The position numbers were made by a program, and so were the translations under genes. Under the pieces are notes generated by a model. That model saw only the letters and a list, made by a program, of their open reading frames with translations. It searched no databases and had not been told where the DNA came from. A DNA stretch of 64,000 nucleotides from a virus (Duplodnaviria > Heunggongvirae > Uroviricota > Caudoviricetes). The stretch is taken from IMG/VR virus record IMGVR_UViG_3300020451_002055; one strand, written 5' to 3'. Positions 37,421-51,057 of the stretch are shown in pieces. How positions within the stretch are numbered: the stretch's first letter is position 1; each line of letters begins with the position of its first letter.

Positions 37421-40400
37421 TTCGTTGCTCCTTTCGCTCTACTTTCGGGTCTTGCGGTAGTCGGTGAGAATAGCGTTCGCTGCTTCTTCGACGCTGCCAA
37501 AGTGCCCGATCTCGCCTCCGTTGCGGCAGGCTTGATGCTTCTTGGTCTTGTCCGGCTGTTGACCGCTGCCCGGGTAGTTGACCACTCCGATCTTCTTCTC
37601 GGGCTGACCGACATGCTCGGGGATAGCGTAGACGAAGTGGGTCGTTGCGTCGATCTTCTCAACCAGGTTCATGCGTATCAGTCCTCTCGGGGCTGGTCGG
37701 TGATGACGGGCGTAGCGATCCGCTGACCGATGCGGACGATGTTGCGCTCGTCTGCAACGCCAGGCGTTCCATGATTGCCGCCCATGTTCAGGACAACGCC
37801 GGAAGGACGCCCGACCGGATCGAGGATCGGATTGGGCGTGATGACGCATCGCCCGGTTTTCTGCTTCCACTCCTGTCCCTTGAGCCCTCGCCCATTGGGG
37901 ATGAGGATGGTGATGCGATCTCCGACCTTGGCGGAGTCGAGTAGTTCCTTGGCTGGTACTTCCTTGCTCATGCTCTACTCCTTGATGCCGAAAATGTCGG
38001 TGGAACAGATGCAGCACCTCAGCGCATCGTTCTCGGAACAATCGACCAGATCAGACTCGGGATCCAGATCGTCCGCCTGCGATGCTTGCTCTCGACAATA
38101 GGCGACATTTGCCGGGTCTTTCATGCAATCCTCGCAGATCGCTGCCTCGGTTGCTGCGGTTCCGTTCTCGTCGCCGGTTGTCGTAAAGGCGTGCATCTTC
38201 ATGGCTCACATCTCGGGTATGAATCTATCGGTGATGCTTTCTCCACTCATCTTTCTCGCGTAAAATCGCCCCCGCCCGCTCCTCGGCGGGCTAGGGGCTT
38301 CATGGGGCGGTCAGGCTGCGAGGGAGGTGAGGGGGCGGTTCTTGTAGATGAACACGCCTCGGCCTCGGCGGACGACTCGGAACCATCGGCCCTCGTACAT
38401 GACGACCTCGGTTTCGACTCCGCCGACCTCGCGGGTTCGGATCAGGCGAGAGATTGTCTCCCGAACCGAATCGGAGGCGGTGTGGCGAACGGTAATCTGA
38501 CTCTGGCTCATTGGGTTCTCCTTTCGGTTTGGGTTGGTGAGCCTCGTTGACGGTTTACATTGGTATCCGCCAGTAATCGGTGAAGTATCAGACAGGTTGG
38601 GCCTTGACAGTTTCGGACTTCTGCTGAGCCCAACGGTTCCGCTCAAGCCTCGGGAGTTCCATCCAAAGACGGGCCTCGGACTCGCTGATCTCGAACCATC
38701 CGAGAGAGGCGCAGAGTACCCACTTTCCGTCGATCTCCATGATATCGCCCGCAGTCATCGAACAGACATTCGGTAGGGCCTTCTCGCCTGAGGGGTTGCC
38801 TTCGGCGTTCTGAAGGCAGAACACTTGCTCCCAGAGTTCCGCGCCGGTCTTGTCCGACTCAAACTCGAAGGTGCCCGATGGAGAGATGCCGTTTCGCTTG
38901 GCCTCGACTTCGGCCTCTGCGTCGATCATGTACGAATGGATGGTAACGGTATGCTTCATTGCGTTGCTCCTTTGCTGATCTGCATTGGAGAGTTCAGGTC
39001 GTCGGTGTTTCACTGCAAGGTCCGATTTCAACGCATGATGAAACTGCTTGCAAGAATGAAACTCCACCCATCTTTCTCTAGGGTTGCCCCTTGCGGGGCG
39101 TCGGTCATGCGTTGCGGGTCTCGGCCTTGGGCATCGGCTGGTCGCCAAACTTCGCCCGCCAGAGTTTTTCGACATCCTCGCGATTGAGCGGGCCGATGCT
39201 GCCATTCGGCAAAGCGTCCTCGCGGGTCGGGAATCCGAGTTCGATGACGGCGGCGCAGAGGTCGTAGTCCCATGTTCCGTAGGGGCTGAGGTCGAGCATG
39301 ATCGAGCGCTTCTTGCCGGGAATCGGGACGATCCGACCGTGATGATCTGTCTCCCATGTTCCGGGCAGGTAGACATCGTGCCCGAGTTTGGTGACTTCCT
39401 CATCTCCGAGGTCGTCGCGAATCTCGATGGCGTGTCCGTTGTAGGTTGCGTACTCCATTGCGTTGCTCCTTTCAATGGACATTGATCGCGGGTTCGATTC
39501 GGTGCCTAGTCCACGATCTCCTTGCCCCAGTTGTCGAGGTCGTCGTAGGTCATGCCGTAGGCGATGATCGGGCGGTCGGTCGTCTTGATGTATTCGGCGA
39601 CGGCTGCAAAGCATTCGTCTCGCCGCGATTCGTTGAACGCCTCATCTCGCCACCCTTCTTCGCTGAGTTCTTCGAGGTCGGAATCGTCTACAAAGTCCTT
39701 GTCCGTCTCGAAATCCTGATACTCGATGCCGAGGATTCGATGGCTGTCCGCCTCCGCAACGAAACGGTATGCGGTTCCTTGCCCCTTGTCGGTCACAGCG
39801 CCGTAGACGCTTGAGAGAAACTTGACCCATTCTCCGCCGATGGGCAGGCTGTAGTCGCCATCGAACCAGTCGGCTGATTCGAGGTCAACCCATCCGTCCT
39901 CGTTGGACCAGAATAGCGGCTCGCCTGTCTCGTCGTCTCGTTCTGTCTTGGATCGGATCAGCCGCATCATTCGGTCCTGTTCTGCTGGAAAAGTCGCTCA
40001 AGTCGCAGCCACTCGTCGGTATGCGTCTGAACAACCATCGTCGCCTGACCCTTGCTGTCGGTGGTGAGAATCTCTCGGACTTCTGATTCTCCGTCGTTCG
40101 GGTCGGTTCCCTCCTTGACGATGTAGTTCTTGCCGTTGACGGTCATCATGTACGAGACCATCGTGTAGGTATGCTCGATGTTGATTGTCGTCGCTGCTTT
40201 CATGGTTTACGCTGCCTCTTTCATTGCTTCGGTGATACGCTCCGCCAGTCGGGTAGCAGATGATACCGCGATACCGAGGTCGTTGTCTCCGAATACTTCC
40301 GAAGCGGTGCGTGCCTTCTGAGCGTTCTCGGCTGTCGCCTCGATCTCGAAGTCAGGGGAAACGGCGATACCGGCGATACGGGCGGTAAACAGTTCGGATT

Positions 40401-41305
40401 GGGTCAGTTTGATCTTCATGCCGCTGTCATCGGCGTTCTGTCCGGCGGACTTGAGATTTCCGCGAGAAATTGTTGCCACCCATCTTTCTGTTGCGGCCAA
40501 GAGAAAACCCCGCTCATCGGCGGGGCTATCTCTGTTCCTATATGAATCCGCTTGGGTACCTCAGGCTCGTTCTCCGATGGTTGAGGGTTGTGGTTGCCGG
40601 GGATGCTTGGATCGGTGTCAGAGCGTGTTCTTCATGGCGAGTCTCCTTTGTTGAGGTTGTCTCGTTCTGTCTCTCATCAGGCCGCTGCCTGATTCGGTGC
40701 GGCGAAGATGTATTCGATGGCGGAGTGGACGCAGTAGACGACCGGCTGGCCCTTGAAGGTCGAACGGTGGTAGGAAACATGCCAGTCGTCTTGGAGCCGC
40801 ATACCGGAACCGTAGCCCAGTTCTTCGGCGAATCGCTGGTAGGCATCGTGCCCGAGTTCATCGCGGAAGGTATCATGGTCGATCTCCTCCTCTCCATCCA
40901 TCATGGCTTCGAGGTCGGGAACATCGCTCATGGAGCAGAGGACGCACGATGTCAGAAACTCCATCATGGTTATCCGTCGAGGACAAGCAGCGTCGGTGAG
41001 TTGTCGAGAACCTTGTATCCTCGTTCGGCGAGGTAGTCCCCAAACTGGTCGTCCGTATCGGGGTGGGTCGCCTGAAACTGAGGCCACAGGTCGTTGATCT
41101 CTTGGATCATCTCGGGCTTGGGCTTCTCTGACTCAACGATCAGCAGACCGTAGTGGTCGTCTGTCGATGAGCCCTCGTAATGGAATCCGATTGCGATCTG
41201 GTTCATGTCTGACTCTTGGGACTATTCGCTGTCGGTGAGGCGTCACCCATCTTACCGCGTAAAAATCCCCAAGCCGCAGCCATGCGGACAAGGGGAGAGC
41301 AACGA

Positions 41306-41854
41306 TCAATCTTCGGAAGGCGGGGCGTTGTCGATGATTTTGAACGGTTCCAACGCCGGGATGTGATCGCCGAGTTCGCTCTTGATGAGTTCCTTTGCGG
41401 CTTCGATTCGTTCGGTGGGAGGCTTCTCGCCGTCGTCGAGCAGCGTCAGGATACGGCGTGCTGTTTCCTCTTGCAGGTAGAGGTTGCCGCCGTCATTGGC
41501 GAAGCAGAGGTGCGCTTCCTCCATACCGGGACGCCATTCGACTTGCTCCGCGTCGTATTCGTAGCGGGCGGATGAATGACGAGAGTAGCCGATGCCTGCC
41601 TCGCGGCAAGCGGCCTCGACTTCCTCAAACTCGCCGTACCGTGCCTGATCGTCCTTGCCGACCAGCATACCGCTGTCGTTCAGCAGTTCGGGGACTTCCT
41701 CGATCGAGACATGACCGTGACGAGGCTCGCCGTATGAATGCGAGCAGTATTCGCCAAAGAGGGACAAGGCGTTCTCGACTCGCTCGCGCTCCTCGATCGT
41801 GTTGATGACGATGGTTCCGCCGAGAGTGATTTCGCCTGGGAATCTGTCAGCCAT
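41306..41854 (-). CDS. Hypothetical acidic protein
   Basis: 182 aa, AAGGAG RBS. Confidence 0.6.
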   Translation of the reverse strand: MADRFPGEITLGGTIVINTIEERERVENALSLFGEYCSHSYGEPRHGHVSIEEVPELLNDSGMLVGKDDQARYGEFEEVEAACREAGIGYSRHSSARYEYDAEQVEWRPGMEEAHLCFANDGGNLYLQEETARRILTLLDDGEKPPTERIEAAKELIKSELGDHIPALEPFKIIDNAPPSED

Positions 41855-43784
41855 TCGTTGCTCCTTTCCTCTCTCAATGGTAGGGGCAACGATTCGGTGT
41901 CAGAGATACGGATCCGCCCATCCCTTGCAGATCGAGTAAAAACCAAACCTCGAAGTTACTTCTCCGAGGTGGTCAACATAGAAATCTGCATGTATGGTCT
42001 TTGATGCTTCGATGCAAAGATGAATCTCGCCAGCGTCGTCAAGGACTACGAAATGGCAGTCGGATACTTGTCGCAGTATTCTGGCGATATGAGTGACCCG
42101 GCAGCAGCCGGTATCATGGGCTAGGCTGTCTCCGATATGGGGCTCCAAGAGCAAGTCTCCGAGGACAACAGATAATTGTCATTCGGGACTTCACTTGCAG
42201 ACTCCTTCTAATCACCCATCTTTCTCGCGGAATCGAGATCAGATAACCTCGACCGCATAGATTTCGCCCAAGTAGCGGCGATACGGCTTCGGGGCCTTAC
42301 GGATAGCCGCTCTCATCGTTTTTGCCTTGACCCGAGCGATCTTGCTGCCTTCTGGCGACCAGTAGAGATCAAAGGTCTTCATGCTAGATCAATTCATAGA
42401 AGACTCGTTCGGTGCCGAGAAACCTCAATCGTGCCTCGTTCTGTTTCGTCCATGTCTCGATGTCAAAGTCCCGACCCTTTCGCATGAGGAAATGGGACGA
42501 TCCATCGTGATGAACAACGAAGATAAGCATATTAGATCGTGCCTTCGCTCGCTGCGATCTGAATACGGACAACATCATCCCGAAGCAGCGTCTTGCCTTC
42601 GTCCGGCGAAATGTCCGCCAGCAGTCCGGTAGCATCGAGGAACATCTCGCCGCCCGGGTCTGCCGGATCGAGAAGATGAACGGTCTTGATGACCGGGCGA
42701 CCGTCCACCATGTCGTATGTCAGCCGCATGGGGACGCGTGCCTGAGCCGTAATGGTTTCCGAACCCTTGACTCGCGGCTGTGTGGTCGGTGTGTCGGTCG
42801 CTGTCGTCATATTCTACTCTCCTTCGGTCTGCAAGTCGGTGAGCCAGATGAGGTAGTACGTCGCGCAGTTGTGGACAACGATGCTGTCGCCGTATCGCGG
42901 CTTGGTCTGAACGAAATGCCAGGGGTAGCGGGCGATCGGCTCCGTTGCGTCCTGACTCCGATACAGAACGATGTCCATGTCTCCGTCTGACCCTTCCTCG
43001 TCCTTCGTGGGCTCTCTGCGAGCATACAGAGTCGAGCGGGCCGTGCCAAGTACGTCCATGAGTCCTACGGCATCTCGCGTCTCATGGCCGTCGCCGAAGG
43101 CAACCTCGACCGAGACATTCGAGCCGTTGGTCAGCAGCAGTTGCCGAAGCTCGAAGTTAAATAGCTCAAAGGTATCGTTGTTCTCGTCGTAGCGAAAGAA
43201 CCTTGTCCTAGGGGTGTCCTGTCGGCTACTCAAGAAGTCGATGACGATGCGAATGTTGATCTGTTCGTTGCTCATGGTCTACTCTGGTAGCAGACCAAGA
43301 TCGGTGACGAACCGCCTGGCGATCTCATCGGCTTTCGGGTAGTCCAAGGCAAGCTCGGAGTAGTGGAAACCGCCCTTAGCCATGAGTTTCTTCTGGCGTG
43401 CCCGGAAATCCTCGCCTCGATTCCGCCAGTTGGAAGCGACATACTTACGGCAGATTGCCGAGAAGTCCCCAAGCATCTGGTCAGCGTCAGCGTTGCCGAT
43501 GCCGTCGCCGATGGTCTGGGCTCCGATGATGGAGACAGCAGCGATGGCTCCGTCTACCGCCCCTCGCTCCCAGTCGGTCATGTCGCCGTAGTTGGTCCCC
43601 GAGCCGGTGACTAGCATCTCGCGCGTCGCGTTATCGAGCGAGTCGGGCATCCCCATCTGAAGGATATCGAGAGCGCCCTCAAGGATACAGGTGACGGAGA
43701 AGATCAGCGTCTCAACCGTCATGCCGTTCTGAAGTTGGGTCGTGTTGCTCATGGTCTAGATTTCCTCGCGGAAATCATCGGTGA

Positions 43785-44198
43785 CTACATGCCCCGGCAT
43801 ACAGGACCGATGCCCGCCTCGATGCTCTCCGGCGTGGTCAACTCTCGACCGCAGCGTGCGCATTTGCGGCTGCCCGAGATCGAGTAGCCCATGCCCTCGA
43901 AATGACCCTCTGCGAGCCCCATGAGCATACATTCGAGCATACAGGCGTATGACTCCCATTCGGTCGGCTTCTCGCCTCTGGCGGCCCTCATTCGGTTGAA
44001 TACGAAGATGCGTTTCCAGTCGTCCGAGACGACGGCGAACGAGGTGTAGTTGCTCTGATTGTCCGGCCCCGTCAGCAGGGCGACGAATCGAGCGCCCTTC
44101 GCCTTGCCGCTCTTTGCGGTATGGATGCGGAAGGTTCGATGCTGTCCGGTCTTTTCGGACTTGATCGTGAACTTTCCGTTGGGGATGACCTTGCTCAT
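43785..44198 (-). CDS. DUF6011-like Zn-finger protein
   Basis: CARCGRELTTPESIEAGIGPVC. Confidence 0.7.
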   Translation of the reverse strand: MSKVIPNGKFTIKSEKTGQHRTFRIHTAKSGKAKGARFVALLTGPDNQSNYTSFAVVSDDWKRIFVFNRMRAARGEKPTEWESYACMLECMLMGLAEGHFEGMGYSISGSRKCARCGRELTTPESIEAGIGPVCRGM

Positions 44199-45058
44199 GG
44201 TTGTCAGTATAGCCGAAGTCGCATCGGTGAAAGACGACGAGTGCCTGGGGTTTGTTTTTGAGTCAACCTTATCCAGGATTTGCGGTAGTTGACTAGGCTA
44301 CCTTTCAACGCGCCTCGCCGTCAGGGGATGGAGCCGAAGCCCTTATCCCTTTGCCTCTGCATGTTCGTCGGCAGCCAACTCCAACTGGCCCTTGATGAAC
44401 GGGAGCGGAAGTCCGAGCGACAGAGCGTGCTTGACCTCGCTGCAAACGGATGACAGAGCATCGTCTTGCTGGGGAGTTAGATTGCCGGGTTCCATGATGA
44501 CTTCCTCAACTTCGAGCCAGAAAGCCAACGCCAGTCGTTCGGTTCTGTCGGTGATCTCGCTGTAGTCGTCGCCGAGGAAATCGACATTGACGGTATAGCA
44601 GTTGTCCCATTCCTCCAACTCGTCGTGTTCGTTGTCGAGCTTGATCGAGATGACGGTATGCTGCTCGTCGATAAACTCGACCGTGCCCGTCTCTCCGGCT
44701 TCGATGAGGAAATGCGGGAACCCTTCGAGCCTCCCGAGTCGAACCGTTGTTCCGATGGCGGGCAGACTTCTGCGAACGCCCTCGATCGACGGCGGAGCCT
44801 TGGTTTCTCTGTAGTCGTAACCCTCGACCGGAACCTGCTCCGTCCACTCAAAGACATGCTCAACGAGCTTGAGTCGGTTGGAGCGAGCGTATTCCTTTGC
44901 CTCGATGACATTCATCGTGCGGAACTCGCTGGGGTTTCCGTCGCTGTCCTCAAATCCGTAAACGCTGATGTCCATGCCGCTCTGTTCTCGATGTCAGTTG
45001 TCGGTGACGATGCCCACTCATCTTACTCTATACAAGCCCCTTTCGGGGCGAGCAACGA

Positions 45059-45577
45059 TCAGGCGGTTGCGGAGTTGGGCTGGTTGATGCCCATGTCCGC
45101 TCGGAGTCGGATGAGGTCAGCGATATACCGCTCGGCGTACTCCTCGCGGAAGGTGTTGCGGAGGTCGGCTTCATCGTAGGGGAAGTCGCCGTAGCCGAAA
45201 GCGGAGCGAACCTTGCGGACAGCATCTTCCCATTCGAGAGGATGACCGTCTGAGGTGACATGGATTCGCGACCCGAAATGATGCTTGGCGAGCGAGAGGA
45301 CGGCCATAACCGGCTCATCGTAAGGACGCTGGTAGGTCTTGCAGAATGCGTCGTCAGGGTTGGGCGTGAGGACAAAAGTTTCGGCCCCATCATCGCCAAC
45401 GCCGTTGAAGTAGACCATCCCATCATGCAGAATCGGCGTGCGGTCCTGCGGTACGTCCTCGTTGCCGGTCAGCGGAACGCCAAGGACGCCGAGAATCTTC
45501 TGCGCGTCCGTGATGAAGGCGTCCCATTCGTTCTGAGGAATCTGCGAGTTGGTTGTCCAGTAATGCGTATGTCCCAT
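45059..45577 (-). CDS. Conserved phage hypothetical protein (paralog of 62036-62422)
   Basis: MGHTHYW, FNGVG...ETF, FCKT..RPYD. Confidence 0.6.
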   Translation of the reverse strand: MGHTHYWTTNSQIPQNEWDAFITDAQKILGVLGVPLTGNEDVPQDRTPILHDGMVYFNGVGDDGAETFVLTPNPDDAFCKTYQRPYDEPVMAVLSLAKHHFGSRIHVTSDGHPLEWEDAVRKVRSAFGYGDFPYDEADLRNTFREEYAERYIADLIRLRADMGINQPNSATA

Positions 45578-45962
45578 GCGTTACCCCTTGTCCTCGCTGA
45601 GTTCGGTGAGATGAGCGCCGCTAACAAGGCAGGCGAGAATCGCCCCCATGCAGCCCTCTGCCAGGTCTCGGTCGCCTGTTCCCCATTCCTCTGCATCCCA
45701 GTAGGCTTGCTCCGTGCCCGCATAGTCAACAAAGCGAACATAAGAGACGCCCCACTTCTCTGACTCGGAGGTAGGGAAGATGAAGTACTGACCGGCAGGC
45801 GTAACAACGCCCATTTCCTTTGCCGGGTCGATTCCGATTTGCCGCAGAGTTTCGTCGCTAATCAACTTCATACTCTACCTTCGATGCTCATGCTAGTCGG
45901 TGACGATCTCCACCCATCTTTCTATGCCGCGAAGAAAACCGCCCTTGCGGGCGGCTGATGGT

Positions 45963-46166
45963 TCAGGTAACGGTAACGAATCGCATGGTTGTCTGGATCA
46001 GATGATCGTAGTCGCCGCTCATGGCTTCGGCTTGGTAAGCGTCTCGCTCGGCCTTGTCTACGCCCGCCCGTTTCATGGCTTGCGTGACCTTGCCCATGAT
46101 TGAGAAGGCGTTACCGTCCTCTCCGAGCAGTTTGACCTCGATCTCAGGGTGCGCTGGCTGGGGCAT
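45963..46166 (-). CDS. Small conserved phage protein
   Basis: GEDGNAFSIMG...AMSGDYDHL. Confidence 0.6.
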   Translation of the reverse strand: MPQPAHPEIEVKLLGEDGNAFSIMGKVTQAMKRAGVDKAERDAYQAEAMSGDYDHLIQTTMRFVTVT

Positions 46167-46317
46167 TAGGTTCCCTCCTCGATTTCATCCATCGCTGCCA
46201 TGAGATGCGCTTCGGTGATCTCGTAGGCAGTCCGAGTGCCCGAGTCCGTTGCTACCTCCTGATCCGGGTCGATCCCGTTGGCTTTGAGGAATTCGTTGAT
46301 CTGTTCGCGTCCGCTCA

Positions 46318-46716
46318 TTAGAGATGGCCTCCGCTCTTGATCTTGGCGATGACCTCCGACAGCGGCATGGGTTCCCAATGGATGTCCCGCTCGACGCGAG
46401 GAATACCGCCCATCTTGAGACTCTGCAACTCTTGCAGCAGGACCGTACCGCATTCGGCATCGTCGGCGTTGCCAAGGTTGGCAAAGACCCAAAGACGGTT
46501 GGGCGGATCGTTCTCGTTGCGGGGCGGGAATCCGAAGTCGGTTGCCTCGCCATCCTTGCCGCGCGTCTCGCGGTCCCAGTCGTAGAGGTACCAGGTTGCG
46601 GCGGAACCGAGAGCGAAGAACTTCGCGACGACCATGATGTTCTCGGGGGCCATCTGGCTCGTGTCGCCTTGCTTCTCAAGAGCCCGCTCGATTTCCTTGG
46701 TGATGAGTTTCTGCAT
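46318..46716 (-). CDS. DUF2958-like protein
   Basis: VAKFF...ATWYL...ECG.V.L.EL...VERDIHW. Confidence 0.7.
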   Translation of the reverse strand: MQKLITKEIERALEKQGDTSQMAPENIMVVAKFFALGSAATWYLYDWDRETRGKDGEATDFGFPPRNENDPPNRLWVFANLGNADDAECGTVLLQELQSLKMGGIPRVERDIHWEPMPLSEVIAKIKSGGHL

Positions 46717-47074
46717 TTCGTTGCTCCTTTCAAGGATCATCGTGCCCGGGCATTCATCGGTGATTTACCCGCCTTCCTTCTCCGGCTCGCCCATGTCCAA
46801 AGCAGGTCGCCCGCAAATCTCGCAGTCAACCGTAGGCGTATCGGGCGGCGACCACCCTACAGGTCCGGCTCCGCAACCTCCGCGTTCCTCGATGCTCAAC
46901 TTATTGAAGCATTCATTGCAGACTCGACGGCCTGCCTTCGTTGTGACGATTCCTAATGATGCCATGCCTACCTCCTGCCGCCCGAGTTTATCGGTGGCGA
47001 CCTCCACCCATCTTTCTCGCGGTAAAAAGAATGAAGGCGGCAAGGTCTAAGACCAAGCCGCCTCCGAGTTGTGG

Positions 47075-47785
47075 TTAGGCAGTCTGAGCGAGCGAGTCGG
47101 GGACATCAGCCGCCGTGACATTCGGCATGGCGTCCAGGAATCCGGCGATGACCGTTGCAACCTCGGCGGCTTCGGTGAGACCCGGCTGTTCGACCCGGAA
47201 CCGCTGACCGTTGATCCGCAGGCCGCGAACGCTCGACATCTTGAGCGTAGTCGCCGCAATCTCGGTCCCCTTGTCGAGACCCTGATTGGCATACGGCTTG
47301 CTCTTGGGCCAGAACGGCTCCAACTCGGCGAACGGGATCGAGTCGCCCGGGTTGTAGACGGCTCCGCTCTCGGTTTCGATCCGCTCGCGGGCGACATAGG
47401 TAGTCTCGCCCTTGTGCAGCGTCCGCAGACGGATGTACTTCTCGCCGTTGGTCTTGTGTTCGCAGAATGCCGTCAGTCGGCCCTTGTCGTCGGTGATGGC
47501 GTTGTACCATGTATCGCCCTTGCGATGCGCCTCGGCGGGCTTGTCTTGCTTGGCAAGTGCCCGCTCGACATTCCCATCGTAGTCGTAGGCGAGCAGGGCC
47601 GAGATGTTACGGAGACTGAGGACTCGACCGTGGAACGGATTGCTCCGCTTGTCGTCGCCCTTCTTGCCGTTGGTCTTGTTCATTCGGGTCTCGGTCGCCG
47701 TAGTCAGACCGGCAAACTTTGCGCCGAGAATACGGGCGAGGACGAGATCGAGACGGTTCGGATTGATGATTGTTTCGTTGCTCAT
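47075..47785 (-). CDS. Hypothetical protein
   Basis: 237-aa basic ORF after dispersed element. Confidence 0.6.
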   Translation of the reverse strand: MSNETIINPNRLDLVLARILGAKFAGLTTATETRMNKTNGKKGDDKRSNPFHGRVLSLRNISALLAYDYDGNVERALAKQDKPAEAHRKGDTWYNAITDDKGRLTAFCEHKTNGEKYIRLRTLHKGETTYVARERIETESGAVYNPGDSIPFAELEPFWPKSKPYANQGLDKGTEIAATTLKMSSVRGLRINGQRFRVEQPGLTEAAEVATVIAGFLDAMPNVTAADVPDSLAQTA

Positions 47786-50700
47786 GGCATCCATCGGACC
47801 GCGGCAGGATTCGGTGACGATCAGCGAGCATCCGCCTGCACCCATCTTACTCGACCCATGCCCCTTCTGCAAGGGGCGGAGGACCGATCAGGAGCGAGGA
47901 TCGGCGGAATCGTTGGATGCCCGCTCGGCGGAGAGGTTGACCGCCAGAGCGACCGGATCGAAGTCCTTGATCTCCTTGAGTTTGTCGATCAGCAGCAGAA
48001 CGAAAGCCCCATCGCATGTGCCATGGACGATCGCCGCATGGAGCATGGTATCGCCGATGACCGAATAGGCCGGAATCAGAACATCGCAGCCGGAAACAAC
48101 GACCTGCGGAGGCAGTTCGGTTTCGTAGGTGCCAAGCAGGAACTCGTTGGTCGTGCCCGCAACCCTCTTGGCCTGCTCAAGCCATCGAGGATGCGATGAC
48201 AGTTCGAGCGTCAGAAACTCGATGCTGGGCAAGCCGGACGAGGACGATGGTTGAGGCGAGCGCTCCTCAACTTCGGCGAGGACGGAAATCCCTTGAGGAC
48301 AGCGAGCGAGATGTGATCGGATGCCATTGTTCATGTCAGGTCTCTTCGTCGCTGTTGATTTCGGTGATCATGTTCCGCTTCTTCAGCCATTCGAGCAGAG
48401 CGGCCTCGTCAGAAACGATAACCCCTTGCTCGTCTACGAGATTCTCGCAGCAATGGGCGCAGCGGTAGGACTCGACCTCCGCCGTATCGCCGTCATAACT
48501 GACCGCTCCGTAGTCAGCGGCGACCGTTCCTCCAGAAGCCCCGAGGAAATCGACCTCGGAATACTGATGAACATGCGTCAGAACTTCCTCGACCTTGTTG
48601 CCGTCTTCGCCGCAGGCGGGGCACTTGAAATCAACTCGGTATTCTTTGTCGCTCATGGTCTACTCCTCGATCTCGCCGAGTTCGGTGTCGTATGTCATAT
48701 GCTGCGAAACATCGAGCCCTTCGAGCGTAAACGACTTGCAGCCGTCGATGTATGCAACGATCTCATCGGTTCCATGACTCAGCAGATCGCCGAAGTTGGG
48801 CTGACCGCCAGCATACTCGACAACGGGCTGACCGTCAGAGGTCTTGCCCCATGCCGTAATGCCTCGATGCAGCCGCTCAAGGAACTCCGCCTCGTCAGCG
48901 GGAGCGTTGTCCGGCTCAAACTCTGCTCGGACTCGGCAGAAGTTGGTTGGTACAGTGCCGTGTTGCCGGTAAACGATGAGGTCGATGTTCATGTCAACCC
49001 TGTCGCGCAATGCGAAGTTCGGTGCCCTCGTCGGAAAAGACAACGGCCTTAAACGGAGGTGCCTGAATCCGTCGCTTGAGGTCCATCGCGATCAGCAGAT
49101 GAGGATGACCGTTGACTCGCATGAGATAATACTCAGCGTTACCAGGTCCGACCAACTTGTAGCCGAACTTGGCAGCGAGCGCTTGGTCATCTCCATCTTC
49201 ATCGAGCTTGATCGCGCGAAAAAGTTGGTAGCCAGAAACAAATACGCCGCATGGAACTTCGCTCATCCCGACTGACTCGCTGCGTATTCTCGGTTCTCTT
49301 CGTCCGCCTTGTTGGTCAGCCATTCCGCCAGATGCTCGACGGTGCCCGAGTCGTCGTGTTCCTCGATGTAGTCGAGGAGCAGACGAGCCATCGAGTCTCG
49401 GTCCCAACCTTGGGACTCTTGGACTGCTTGGACTCGATCGCGAGCGTCTTGTCGTTCCTTGTTCAAGGACATGATGTTCCTTGCATCCTTTCCGGTTCGG
49501 TGTCAGGCGGTTTCGTTCAGTGCGTTGCGGGCGATGTCCCTCGCCTGAACGACCATAAGCCCTCGTTGGGCTGCGTCATTGGGGCCGGTCTTGTCAGTGA
49601 TCCGATCGTCAGGCAGATTGCCTGCGACCTTCGTGATCGCCGTCAGAGCCGCTCTCATCTTCTCGATCTTCTCCGCTTCCGTCATTCGGTGTCTCCTTCT
49701 TGAGAATCGCCAGGATCTCGTTGTGGACGTATCCGGGCGTCAGAAAAGGCCCGCTGTCTCGGAGGTCTTTCCCTTGGAACTCGCCCGTCACCCAATCCTT
49801 GAGGTAGGCGTAAATCTCTCCGGCCTTCTGTTCTGCGAGTTCGTCAGGAATCTTCATGGTCATCCGATCTGCTTGTCGTCCTTGTATACCGACCAGTTGC
49901 TCGGCGTATCGTCGGTGGAATGGTACTCCATCTCGCCGACATCTTCGCCTCCGCCATCGGCGACGATCTCCCTCGCCTGGCGTGCCTGCTCTGATGCAGG
50001 TAGGTCGCCATCGACGAAGACCTCGACGGGCTGAGTGTGGCGTTCAAGACGATGGACGATGATTCTTTGCTGTGCCATGCGGCTCCTTGGGTTGCATAAT
50101 CTTTCGGTGCAGCAACATCATGGCGGAAACGTCTGCTGACTGAAGCATGATCTCCTGCGCAGTCTCCTGAACCAGTGCGACATGCGGGCCGGTAGCGGTC
50201 ATGTAGTCGATGCGCGTCCGGCGACCGTAGTTGCGTTCGCGGTTCGGAGGCAGTTCCTCGATCGCCATGACGAGAGCAGGAGAAACCATGACAACAGGAG
50301 TATCCTTATCGCCGTCGATAGGAGTGTTCTCTGTCCACTTGTTGAGCTTCATGAGGTTCAGCATATCAGTATCCGTATACTTCCTTGAGCCTTTCGGTGG
50401 CAGCCTCTTCGCCCATGTTCTGAACGAGTTGCTCGATCTGCGAATGGATGCCCTCGTTGTTGTAGCCGCTCGCTGTCTGACTGAACTGGTCGTGGATGTC
50501 CTCATCCAACTCGGAACCGTCAGCATCGGCATACTTCCGCTGCAATGCGGCGATGGTTTCGTTGACAGGCTTCGGCTCGATGCTCTCGCGCCATTCATCA
50601 AAGGTCATACCCTTGGTGCCCGTCGAGTCGCCTTCCTCATCGAACGCATCGAGGATGATGCCCTCATGCGTGACGACGACTTGGAGGCCATCGACATTGA

Positions 50701-51057
50701 GGCGAACTTCGTCTGCTTCGACTGTCTTTCCGTCGATTACGAACTGCATGTCGCCTCCTTACGCGAACTGGTTTGCGAGAGCGTCCAGAGCCGTCTGAAC
50801 TGCAACGGCTCCCTCTTGAGTGCTGAGGTCGAACCCTTGGCAGGCCATCGCCAGCAGCGTGGCTTCGAGCCCTTCGATGGCGTTGTTGTAGGCGATCGTA
50901 TCTCCGTCCCTCGGAAGGTCTTCCTTGAGATTGGATTCGATTGTGCCTCCGCCGGGGTTGAACTCATCGACCATGATCCGGATCCAGTCGCCCTTGTCAG
51001 GATGACCGTACTCGTAGGTCGTTGTCTTGTCTGTCTCGGTCTTCGTGATCATGGCTA